DNA from: Verrucomicrobiota bacterium | Lineage (GTDB): Bacteria > Verrucomicrobiota > Verrucomicrobiia > Limisphaerales > DSYF01 | Reading direction: 5' to 3' | DNA length: 64,000 nucleotides | NCBI GenBank assembly: GCA_041181065.1 | Contig: JBEGQI010000022.1 | Location: forward strand, 2,863-66,862 | Shown: piece by piece, positions 56,656 through 64,000 of the stretch | Layout: each line of letters starts with the position of its first letter | How positions within the stretch are numbered: position 1 is the stretch's first letter | The notes under the pieces: generated by a model | Told to the model about the DNA's origin: nothing | Databases searched by the model: none | Seen by the model: only the letters and a program-made list of their open reading frames with translations | Made by a program: the position numbers and the translations under genes

Positions 56656-58089
56656 CTACAGTCCCCGAGCAGTCCGTGCGTGGAGTTTCCTTCTCAACAC
56701 CACCACCCAGCCCAGCAGCCCCGCCGCCAGGATCACGAGACCGACAATCATCGAAGTGCCCTCGGGCATCTTCACTTGAGACGGAGCCTGGACGAGGGTC
56801 ACGTCCTTGGGAGACCGCAGCAGCAGGCGGAAGGAGCTTGCGCGCCATTCATCGCCAGCCTGCCATTGGTTGCCGCGCTCGATGACGCACACGCCGCGCA
56901 CAACCACTTCGCTGCCCTCCTTCAAATCCGCGAGGTTGCCATAGATGAAGCCCTGGGGGATGAACGCCTGGAAAGTGAGGCCGCCTGATTCCAACAGGAA
57001 AAAGCGATTGAGGCCGCGCTGGACATTGCCTAGCACCTTGGCTGGCAACTGGACCAGCCGGCAGTCATGGGCGCCGGTCAGGATTTCATTCACGTCCACG
57101 GAAGGAATTTCCGGCTCTTTGCCCGTGCCTATCTTCCGGACAACGGCATCCTCCAATACCGGCGTATATTCACCGCGGGCCGGAAACCCGACCACTTCAA
57201 CCTTGGACCCAAGCTCGGGCAGTTCGCGTTGAGCGGTCTGGCAATGCAGGCCTCCTTCGTCATCCTGGAGGAACAGCGCTTTGCCTGGCTCGGCGAAAAC
57301 CACCGTGCCGGTCATCTTAATCCGCCCCGTCACTTTGGCCGCCGGTGCGAAGCGCAACAGGGCGTTGATCTTCTGCGCGGGCAGTTCAAATGGTTTCATA
57401 CTCGCGGCCTGCTCGACCACGAGTCCGTCCCTATTCGGAACCAGAAGTTGCACGCCGAACAACTGGCGTTGGTGATTAAATAGGGTGGCGCACACCCCGC
57501 GAACAAGGACAGTGGCCTCGACGAGGTCATCGGGTTGAGCCACCGGCAGTTCTTTCGCGTAAACGCTGAAACGCTCACTGCCCTTGGCAAAATCCAGCAC
57601 ATGATAACCGGTCACCCGCTCATAGCGGACCGCGCGCACGCGGTCGCGGAACTCGACCCATTGGCTGTCCTGCGTGCCGCTGACCATTTCCTCCAAGTCC
57701 ACCGCCTTGGGCGACGGCAGCGTTCCCTGGCCGACGACCCTGACGGACGCAGGCCTCACGACCGGGGCGAATTCTCCCGGCGCCGTGGTGCCTTCAAGCT
57801 CGACCAACTGCCCGGACTTAAGCGGCGGCGTGTTGGTGCTCTCCAGAAGATAGATGCCCGCCGTGTCATCCTGCACGAAGCGCGAATACAAGCCGTCATC
57901 GTAAAACGTCACCACGCCACGCAGCTTGACGGACAGTCCGCGGGCGGCGTCCTCGGCGGACAGGCTCCGGACCCCGGCGACGGACGTGATGACCTTGGCG
58001 GGGCTTTGGGCAGCGGCCGGACTGGCGAGGAGCCCCCCCAGGAACAGGACAAGAACCACCTTTCGTATGCTGGACAGAGTGTATGGCAT
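56656..58089 (-). CDS. Sensor-domain-only paralogue of the histidine kinase at 62027..64000 (signal peptide + about 410-aa periplasmic domain + 1 TM + 12-aa tail)
   Basis: The ATG at 58089 gives MPYTLSSIRKVVLVLFLGGLLASPAAAQS. It is colinear with the kinase sensor region by eye over its whole length (LRGVVTF..LYSRF.QD.TAGIYL, VRGVC...FNHQRQLF, LFLQD..G, GEYTPVL.DA, HDC.L, VTGVC/VRGVC...WQAG.EWRA.SF). It ends ...IVGLVILAAGLLGWVVVLRRKLHARTARGL with no kinase module. Confidence 0.7.
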   Translation of the reverse strand: MPYTLSSIRKVVLVLFLGGLLASPAAAQSPAKVITSVAGVRSLSAEDAARGLSVKLRGVVTFYDDGLYSRFVQDDTAGIYLLESTNTPPLKSGQLVELEGTTAPGEFAPVVRPASVRVVGQGTLPSPKAVDLEEMVSGTQDSQWVEFRDRVRAVRYERVTGYHVLDFAKGSERFSVYAKELPVAQPDDLVEATVLVRGVCATLFNHQRQLFGVQLLVPNRDGLVVEQAASMKPFELPAQKINALLRFAPAAKVTGRIKMTGTVVFAEPGKALFLQDDEGGLHCQTAQRELPELGSKVEVVGFPARGEYTPVLEDAVVRKIGTGKEPEIPSVDVNEILTGAHDCRLVQLPAKVLGNVQRGLNRFFLLESGGLTFQAFIPQGFIYGNLADLKEGSEVVVRGVCVIERGNQWQAGDEWRASSFRLLLRSPKDVTLVQAPSQVKMPEGTSMIVGLVILAAGLLGWVVVLRRKLHARTARGL

Positions 58090-58186
58090 AGCCTTTGTGA
58101 GGTTTATTTGCTCCATTTTTGAGAACGCACGCTTTCCAGCCATGCGTCTCTTTTGATCCGACTAACGACGTATCGAGGTTCCGGGA

Positions 58187-58972
58187 CTAGAACGAATTCA
58201 CGGCGAACACGTCCTGCTTGTTCTCGAACAAATCCTTCCAGCTCCAAGACTCCACGTGCCCGTCACACGCGGCGAAGGCGGCACGTCCGCCGTGCCGGCA
58301 CGCAGCCTGTTTGCTGGGCGTGAGGGTGTTCCAACCCGTGCCAGGCTTCGGCTTGAACACTGCAATCTCGGTGTAATAACTGGTCGGGCGCGAAGTGGAC
58401 GGCGGATAGCTGATGGCGGATCCGTTCTTCACGGTGCCGGGAACGCCCACATCGCCGATGAGCCAGATCTGGCTTGTGCGCTGGATGGTGCTCATCTTGC
58501 GCGGCCCCTGATAACCGGTAGAGCTGAGCGCGTAGCGGACAATTCCGTTGGCCGAGTTCTGCTGGTCTTCGAGCGGGCCGTAACCCTCGCAGGGGTTGCC
58601 GTTGAAATAGCTCACCACATCCGGCGCGATGTCCTGTTCGCGCACGGCCGAGCAACGCCAGACGTTGTTGGAGGTGGTGCTCTTGGTGATGTAATTGCCC
58701 TCATCAAGAACGTTGAACCACCAGTTCGTGCCATAGGCGCCGTAACGCCCGTTGTTCAGGATGGGCAGGTAATCTTCGTTGTCATTCACGTGCATTGTGA
58801 TGGCCAGCGCAATCTGCTTGTTGTTGCTGACGCAGGCGATCGCCTTCGCCTTTTCTTTGGCCTTGGAGAGGGCGGGCAACAGCATGGCGGCCAAAATCGC
58901 GATGATCGCAATGACAACCAGCAGCTCAATCAGCGTGAATCCCTGACGACTTTTGGAGGCGGACATTTTCAT
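58187..58972 (-). CDS. DUF1559-type protein with a prepilin N-terminal cleavage/methylation domain (type II secretion pseudopilin-like, H-X9-DG)
   Basis: [32 protein letters not shown] at the N-terminus and a C-terminal [14 protein letters not shown] (H-X9-DG). Confidence 0.9.
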   Translation of the reverse strand: MKMSASKSRQGFTLIELLVVIAIIAILAAMLLPALSKAKEKAKAIACVSNNKQIALAITMHVNDNEDYLPILNNGRYGAYGTNWWFNVLDEGNYITKSTTSNNVWRCSAVREQDIAPDVVSYFNGNPCEGYGPLEDQQNSANGIVRYALSSTGYQGPRKMSTIQRTSQIWLIGDVGVPGTVKNGSAISYPPSTSRPTSYYTEIAVFKPKPGTGWNTLTPSKQAACRHGGRAAFAACDGHVESWSWKDLFENKQDVFAVNSF

Positions 58973-58991
58973 ACTTTTTACCTATTTTGGG

Positions 58992-59015
58992 CCGGGCCTG
59001 CCGGTGCAGGCCCGG
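58992..59015 (-). other. Intercistronic GC hairpin between the 742-aa gene and the pseudopilin gene
   Basis: Perfect 10-bp stem ccgggcctgc / gcaggcccgg with loop cggt. No U-tract follows on the transcribed strand, so it may be a processing or stabilising element rather than a classical terminator. Confidence 0.35.
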
Positions 59016-59049
59016 TCCAAGTTAATGCATTCTAGCGGGCGCGCATCAG

Positions 59050-61278
59050 TTACTGAATGGACAGGCGGTAGAACCGCTTGCTGCCACTGGTCGGATCGCT
59101 GATGACGATGTTCGAACCCGTTCCGTTGGTTGTGGTCAGCGTGAGCCACGAGGCGTCGGGCAGGTTGTTCTTGTATTGGACCGTGTAAACTTTGCCGAGC
59201 TGGCTGGCAAAGGCGAGGTTGATGTTGCTGCCGCCGGCGCTGGCGTTGATGCTCGTCGGCAGCGTGCCCGCATTGCCGATGATGACATTGCCGAACGGCG
59301 CCACGTCCGTGACCCAGACGTTGGGCCCGACCGTCTCGAAGCCATACTGCACGTGACGCGCCGGGTCGTTGATCGTATTCAGGTTGATGCTGAATGCGCC
59401 GGGCGTCAGCGGCACCGTCGCCGAGTTGAACGACGAGTAGTCAGGCGCGTAGTCTTTGATGAACGCAACGCTGGTCCAGCCATTGCCAAGCGCGTTGGTG
59501 TTGGAGGCGCTTACCAAGGTGTTCGAGAGCACGTTGCCGGAGAAGATCAGCTTGCGCCCGGGCAGTGAACCGATTTCCACATACATGCTGGCATCCATGG
59601 TCTTGTTGCCGACGGAGCCGGGCCCGCCGCTGGGGGTATACCAGTAGGAGTTGGGGTCGCCGATCACGTTGGGCGAGAGCACCAGACCGCTGCCGTTAAA
59701 GACCGCGCACAAGTCTGCCGTTCCCCAGCCGCTGCCGAACTGATAACCGCCGCCATCCTGCGGCTTGTTGAACACATTCATGAAGCCGAGCCAGCTTGAC
59801 GAGTGGTTCACAACAACATTTGTGGGGCTGACATCCAACGAGTTGATTTGCACCACACCGTAATTGTTTACGTCCGTCTGCCACACATTCGGGCCACGGG
59901 TGACAAATCCATATTGGACGTGCCGGGCAGGGTCGGGAATCGTGGCCAAGCTAACGGAGAACGGAACGCCGCTGGTCAGGGCGACAAACGAATCGACGGA
60001 AGAGGAATAGTCCGGCGCAAAATCCTTGACGAAGGCGTAATTAGTCCAGCCGTTGCCGATGCCGTTGGTGCTGCCGGGATTGAGCGTGATGTCGAGCGTG
60101 TTGGTTTTGCAGGAGCCCTTGAAGACCACCACGTTGCCGCTAACCGAACCGTCCGGGACCTGCACGTAATAGCTAGCTTCCATTTCTTTGAATCCCACCG
60201 CGCCGACGAAGTTGGACGGATTGGAAAGCAGCGGCTCAACGGTGTAATCGAGCCAGAACGTGCTGCTGTCACCTGGCGCGGTGCCGGGCTTCAACGTCAA
60301 CACCGACGACGGGCCAACGCCAGAGAATTCAGCGGTCAGCGCGCCCGCGCCCCACGGGCTTCCAAACACATATCCATTTCCGTTCTGCGGCGTGTTCCGC
60401 ACATTCATGAAGGCAGACCACGCGGCGAAAGGATCCACCACGAAAGTGTTCGTGGGAGCCGCGCCACCTGTGACGGTCACGTTCACGACGGATGACGTAA
60501 CCGTGCCGCCATTGTCATCCATGGCCACAACTTTCAAGGCCGCCGCACCGAGTGCCGCGCCTGTGACATTGAGGCTGAATGGCAACGATGTATCGCTGCC
60601 AATCAACGTCGCACCGCGGTAGAAATCCACATTCGTGACCGAACCGGGAACCACCCCGGTGCTGACCACGATGAGGAAGTTGGTGCTCACGGTGCTCGAA
60701 TCGGCCGGGCTGGTGATTTGCGCGAACAGCGGCGTGGAGGCGGGGGCCACCACACCCAGATTATCGAAACCGACCGTGGATCCGGGACCCCACAGCGGCA
60801 CGATCTTGAGACCGGTCGCACTCAGCGAGACAGTGTAGTTGAACGAATAAGTCGCCCAGCCATTCGTCGTCCAGCTTCCGGGTCGCATGTCGCCGCTGCT
60901 GGAGATCAAGCCGCTCGGCCCCCAAGATTCAATTTTAAGCCCGCCGGTGTTGGTGCCAGCCAGGGTGATCATGTCCTGTAGAAAAGTGTAGGTGCCGCCG
61001 GGAACAATGCCCAATGACCCAAGCGGCAGCGGCGTGGTATCGCCGGCAACCAACACGGCCCATTGGGTCGAGTTCGTGCCATCAATGACGGCATACTGCC
61101 CGGGATTACCTCCGGAGGCGGGATAACTGAAGACAAACCCGCCGCCCTGGGCCTCCGCCCAGTCGGCCGTGGGTCCGCCCAAGGCAAAATTCCCGTTGGG
61201 GAATAGATTGGTGACATTTTGAGCCTGACCGATGCCAGCCGCGGTAAGGGCGGCAAGGAGTGTGAGTAGTTTCTTCAT
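59050..61278 (-). CDS. Giant secreted protein: CBM-like jelly roll + Ig-like + 2 x about 190-aa duplicated module + the C-terminal FYR-type domain
   Basis: Signal peptide MKKLLTLLAALTAAGIGQA. The N-terminal domain ends in GFDNLGVV. The duplicated modules share W..FMNV.N.PQ.G.GY.FGS.WG...L.A.F, NG.GNGWT..AF.KD.APDYSS and DPARHVQYGF...GPNVW.TDV. The C-terminus reads ...VYTVQYKNNLPDASWLTL...KRFYRLSIQ. Confidence 0.75.
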   Translation of the reverse strand: MKKLLTLLAALTAAGIGQAQNVTNLFPNGNFALGGPTADWAEAQGGGFVFSYPASGGNPGQYAVIDGTNSTQWAVLVAGDTTPLPLGSLGIVPGGTYTFLQDMITLAGTNTGGLKIESWGPSGLISSSGDMRPGSWTTNGWATYSFNYTVSLSATGLKIVPLWGPGSTVGFDNLGVVAPASTPLFAQITSPADSSTVSTNFLIVVSTGVVPGSVTNVDFYRGATLIGSDTSLPFSLNVTGAALGAAALKVVAMDDNGGTVTSSVVNVTVTGGAAPTNTFVVDPFAAWSAFMNVRNTPQNGNGYVFGSPWGAGALTAEFSGVGPSSVLTLKPGTAPGDSSTFWLDYTVEPLLSNPSNFVGAVGFKEMEASYYVQVPDGSVSGNVVVFKGSCKTNTLDITLNPGSTNGIGNGWTNYAFVKDFAPDYSSSVDSFVALTSGVPFSVSLATIPDPARHVQYGFVTRGPNVWQTDVNNYGVVQINSLDVSPTNVVVNHSSSWLGFMNVFNKPQDGGGYQFGSGWGTADLCAVFNGSGLVLSPNVIGDPNSYWYTPSGGPGSVGNKTMDASMYVEIGSLPGRKLIFSGNVLSNTLVSASNTNALGNGWTSVAFIKDYAPDYSSFNSATVPLTPGAFSINLNTINDPARHVQYGFETVGPNVWVTDVAPFGNVIIGNAGTLPTSINASAGGSNINLAFASQLGKVYTVQYKNNLPDASWLTLTTTNGTGSNIVISDPTSGSKRFYRLSIQ

Positions 61279-61367
61279 ACGTTGGTTGATGTCTCGGGTA
61301 TTGATCTAGGGAACGTGTGCAGCCTACCCCGGTTTCTCGGGACGCCTAGCTCCCTAAGTAGATAGTT

Positions 61368-61392
61368 TGTAAGAAGGCCGGAAACCGGCCCA
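61368..61392 (-). terminator. Possible terminator after the response-regulator gene
   Basis: On the minus strand: GGCCGG-ttt-CCGGCC (61376-61390) followed by ttcttac. The stem is short and the U-tract modest. Confidence 0.35.
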
Positions 61393-61403
61393 AAACACCG
61401 CCC

Positions 61404-62030
61404 TTACACCGCCGACCGAACCTTCAACACCGCCTCCGTGCGCGAATGCACGTGGAGCTTCTGGTAGATGTGCTTGAGATGAAAACGCACCGCCGCCAGC
61501 GTGACCGTCAGGCGGTCGGCGATTTCTTTGTTCGACAATCCGTGCACAACGAGCTCGAGCACCTCGCGTTCGCGTGCCGTGAGCTGATCCACTTCGGTCG
61601 TCGCGGTCTTCTGTTCGCGGAAATAACCGATGACCTTCCGGGCTATCTCGCCGCTCATCGCGCCGCCGCCCTGCTGCACTTCGCGCATCGCGTTTAAGAC
61701 GTCCTCCGGCGCCGAGCGTTTGAGCAGATAACCCGACGCGCCCGCGCGCAACGCACGGAAGATGCGGTCCGGATCTTCATACACCGTCACCATGATGGCG
61801 TGCACGGAAGGCAGCAGCTCCTTCAATTTGCCCACGCATTCCACGCCGGACATGTTCGGCAGTTGGATGTCCATGAGCACGATCTCCGGCGCAAGCTTGG
61901 GCAGCACGCGCAACGCTTCTTCCGCCGTCGGGCACGTGGCGATGCAGCGGAAGTCCGACGACATGTTCACGATGGTTTCCAACCCTTCGCGAGTCGTCTT
62001 GTTGTCTTCAACGATGGCAACCTTGGTCAT
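61404..62030 (-). CDS. Response regulator, REC + LuxR/NarL-type HTH
   Basis: The ATG at 62030 (MTKVAIVEDNKTTREGL...) overlaps the kinase stop (ATGA at 62027-62030). VLMDIQLPNMSG, then a C-terminal LTAREREVLELVVHGLSNKEIADRLTVTLAAVRFHLKHIYQKLHV. Confidence 0.9.
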   Translation of the reverse strand: MTKVAIVEDNKTTREGLETIVNMSSDFRCIATCPTAEEALRVLPKLAPEIVLMDIQLPNMSGVECVGKLKELLPSVHAIMVTVYEDPDRIFRALRAGASGYLLKRSAPEDVLNAMREVQQGGGAMSGEIARKVIGYFREQKTATTEVDQLTAREREVLELVVHGLSNKEIADRLTVTLAAVRFHLKHIYQKLHVHSRTEAVLKVRSAV

Positions 62031-64000
62031 GTCTGTCGCTCTCCCAGTGGTAGATAAAATTCGATCGTCGTGCCGCGGCCGGGCTCGCTCTTGATGCCGC
62101 AACGGCCGCCAAGCTTCTCCATTCGCGCCCGCATGCTGGCCAGCCCGTCGCTGCCGGGCGCGGCGGCGCTGCCCGCGAAACCCTTGCCGTTGTCGGCGAC
62201 GACGATGTGCAATTGGTTTGCCTCAACGAGCATCTCGATGACAACTTCGTTGGCGCCCGAGTGCTGGACGGCGTTGTTCAACGCCTCCTTGAACGCGAGG
62301 AACACGCCGTGGCGCCGCCGCGAATCCATCGGCGTTTCGGGAAATGATTCCGCCACGCGCAGACGGCAGGCGATGCCCGCAAGATTCAGGAAGCGCTGTG
62401 CGAACAGCGAATAGTAGCTCGCGAGTTCCGCGACGGAATCGTATTTGGGATTCACCGCCCACACGATTTCGTCGAGCGTCGCGACCACGGCGCGGGCGAC
62501 GTTCGACAACTGCTTGAGATAACGGTCGCGGCTTTCAGTGGGCATCGACGGCGTGCTCGCCAACGAACTGAGCATGCTGACTTCCGTCAACGTGGCGCCG
62601 AGTTCATCATGCAGATCCTGCGCCACGCGCGTGCGCTCCTCTTCGATCTCGCGGCGACGCTCTGCCTGTTGACGCTCTTGTATCTCCTGTTCAAGTGCGC
62701 GGGTTCGCAGCAGGACCTGACGTTGCAGGACCGCGATCCAACCAAACGCCGCGAGCACCACGATGCCGAGCGCCGCAGCGATCCACAGAACGCGCCGCAA
62801 CGTCCACCATGATGGCGCCGCCAGCACCGTCACGTCCGCGACCGAGCGCATGTCCACTTGGAACGACCGCGCGCGCCAGTCTTCGCCCGCTTGCCACACG
62901 CCGGGGTTGATGCGGCAAACACCCGTCACCGCGACGCGGCTGCCGTTCTGCAATCCGGCGAACACGTCTTCAGCATCGTGCCGGCGAAGATTCGCCTGAA
63001 AGATAAAGTTCTCGTCCTGCAAAATCAGATAACGCTCATTGCCATGCACGGCGCGGTCGAGCACGCGGGCCGAAATGCGAATCAACTGGCAGTCGTGTTT
63101 CCCCTTCAACGCCTCATCGTGCGTGAGCATGAACGGCTCGACGGGCTGGCCGTTGGTGACTCTGCGGTAGATGGCGTCCTGCAATACCGGCGTGTATTGC
63201 CCCTGGCCCACAAAGCCCAGCGCCTCGACGCGGTCGCCGAGTTGCACCGGCTCGCGTGACGACGTTTGCACGCCGATGCCTTCATCGCCGTCCTGGAGAA
63301 ACAATTCCCGACCGGGATCGAAGTAGATGACCGTGCCGGAGACTTTCACCCGATGGCCGAATGATTCCTGAGGCGTGAATTGCAGCAGGCTGCTGATGGG
63401 CCGCGCGCTCACGGCAAACGGGTTGGCGGGCGCAGCTTCTTCGATGACCAGATCCTCGGGGCGCGGCACCATCAATCGGATCGCGAACAACTGGCGTTGA
63501 TGATTGAACTGCGTCGAGCAAACGCCGCGCACGCGCACGGTGCTGTCGAGCAATTCATCGGTCAACTTGACCGGCAGTTCGCGCACGTAAACGGAAAGGC
63601 GTCCGCCGCCGGTGGCGAGTTCAACGAGATAAAACCGCGATGCTTCCAGAAACTGGACCGACCGGACGATGCCGGCGATCTCGACGAACTGGCTGTCCTC
63701 CTGACCGCTCGCGAGCCGTTCGTAGGTCGCGCGCTTCGGCGCGGGCAGGTCGGACTTGCCGAGGATGTTGATCCGCGACGGCATGATGATCGGCGCGTAT
63801 TCGCCGGGGCTGCTCACGCCATCCACTTCCACGAGCTGCCCGGCTTCGAGCAACGGCGTCGGCGTGTTGGTGGAGTATTGCAGGTAAATGCCGGCGGTTT
63901 CGTCCTGGATGAAGCGCGAATAGAGGTTCTCGTTAAAGAAGGTGACGACGCCGCGCAGCTTGATGCGCACACCGGCTTGCGCCTGTTCCACGCTTAACTC
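62027..64000 (-). CDS. NarX/LiaS-type (HisKA_3) sensor histidine kinase with a large periplasmic sensor domain; N-terminus lies outside the window
   Basis: The frame stays open to the window edge (ELS precedes the GTG codon at 63989-63991 that the track reads as Met). Periplasmic domain, then TM (VLWIAAALGIVVLAAFGWIAVL), coiled coil, H-box RVAQDLHDELGATLT, N-box ALNNAVQHS, G-box DNGKGF. Confidence 0.85.
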   Translation of the reverse strand, partial: ELSVEQAQAGVRIKLRGVVTFFNENLYSRFIQDETAGIYLQYSTNTPTPLLEAGQLVEVDGVSSPGEYAPIIMPSRINILGKSDLPAPKRATYERLASGQEDSQFVEIAGIVRSVQFLEASRFYLVELATGGGRLSVYVRELPVKLTDELLDSTVRVRGVCSTQFNHQRQLFAIRLMVPRPEDLVIEEAAPANPFAVSARPISSLLQFTPQESFGHRVKVSGTVIYFDPGRELFLQDGDEGIGVQTSSREPVQLGDRVEALGFVGQGQYTPVLQDAIYRRVTNGQPVEPFMLTHDEALKGKHDCQLIRISARVLDRAVHGNERYLILQDENFIFQANLRRHDAEDVFAGLQNGSRVAVTGVCRINPGVWQAGEDWRARSFQVDMRSVADVTVLAAPSWWTLRRVLWIAAALGIVVLAAFGWIAVLQRQVLLRTRALEQEIQERQQAERRREIEEERTRVAQDLHDELGATLTEVSMLSSLASTPSMPTESRDRYLKQLSNVARAVVATLDEIVWAVNPKYDSVAELASYYSLFAQRFLNLAGIACRLRVAESFPETPMDSRRRHGVFLAFKEALNNAVQHSGANEVVIEMLVEANQLHIVVADNGKGFAGSAAAPGSDGLASMRARMEKLGGRCGIKSEPGRGTTIEFYLPLGERQT

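Overview
GC-rich bacterial chromosomal window with about 50 protein-coding genes. I could not recognise any rRNA, tRNA, CRISPR array, integrase or transposase by eye. The gene content points to a PVC-superphylum, Verrucomicrobiota-like organism (inference): a DUF1559/H-X9-DG pseudopilin-like protein, many very large signal-peptide proteins built from RCC1, BNR, Ig-like and lectin-like modules, and several glycoside-hydrolase loci. Left part (1-22 kb): housekeeping genes (TolC-family OMP, pyrE, adk, trpB, argS, dnaN, cysteine desulfurase, ptsN) interleaved with secreted proteins. Middle (22-36 kb): one long minus-strand run. In transcription order it holds a rhodanese; a 4HB membrane sensor plus ECF sigma factor; a MITE-like palindromic element; a tight operon of small protein, Ycf46-like AAA+ ATPase, 2-TM protein, TPR protein and PilT-like ATPase; an AT-rich composite inverted repeat; YbjQ plus an MMPL/RND transporter; and an unusual aromatic-Pro repeat protein followed by MlaE-MlaF-MlaD. 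Right part (36-64 kb): two giant secreted proteins, a histidine kinase/response regulator pair, dprA, a tandem-GH43 enzyme, a TIGR04222-like membrane protein with a Cys/Gly tail, and purF. It also holds a putative beta-1,3-glucan utilisation locus (GH17, GPH symporter, a 1156-aa GH94/149/161-like phosphorylase candidate, a clan GH-A hydrolase). That locus is flanked by a sensor-domain-only paralogue, a pseudopilin, a giant CBM-like protein, and a NarL-type two-component system whose kinase runs off the right edge. Most interesting observations: (i) eight unrelated secreted proteins share a position-locked ~60-aa extreme C-terminal domain ending in aromatic-aromatic-Arg, a candidate sorting tag; (ii) the ECF-sigma-linked two-ATPase operon (Ycf46-like AAA+ plus orphan PilT); (iii) the composite lipid-trafficking cluster with the repeat protein. 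Many long ORFs in the track are antisense or alternative-frame artefacts of the high GC content. All family assignments are by-eye motif recognition, and no database search was possible.
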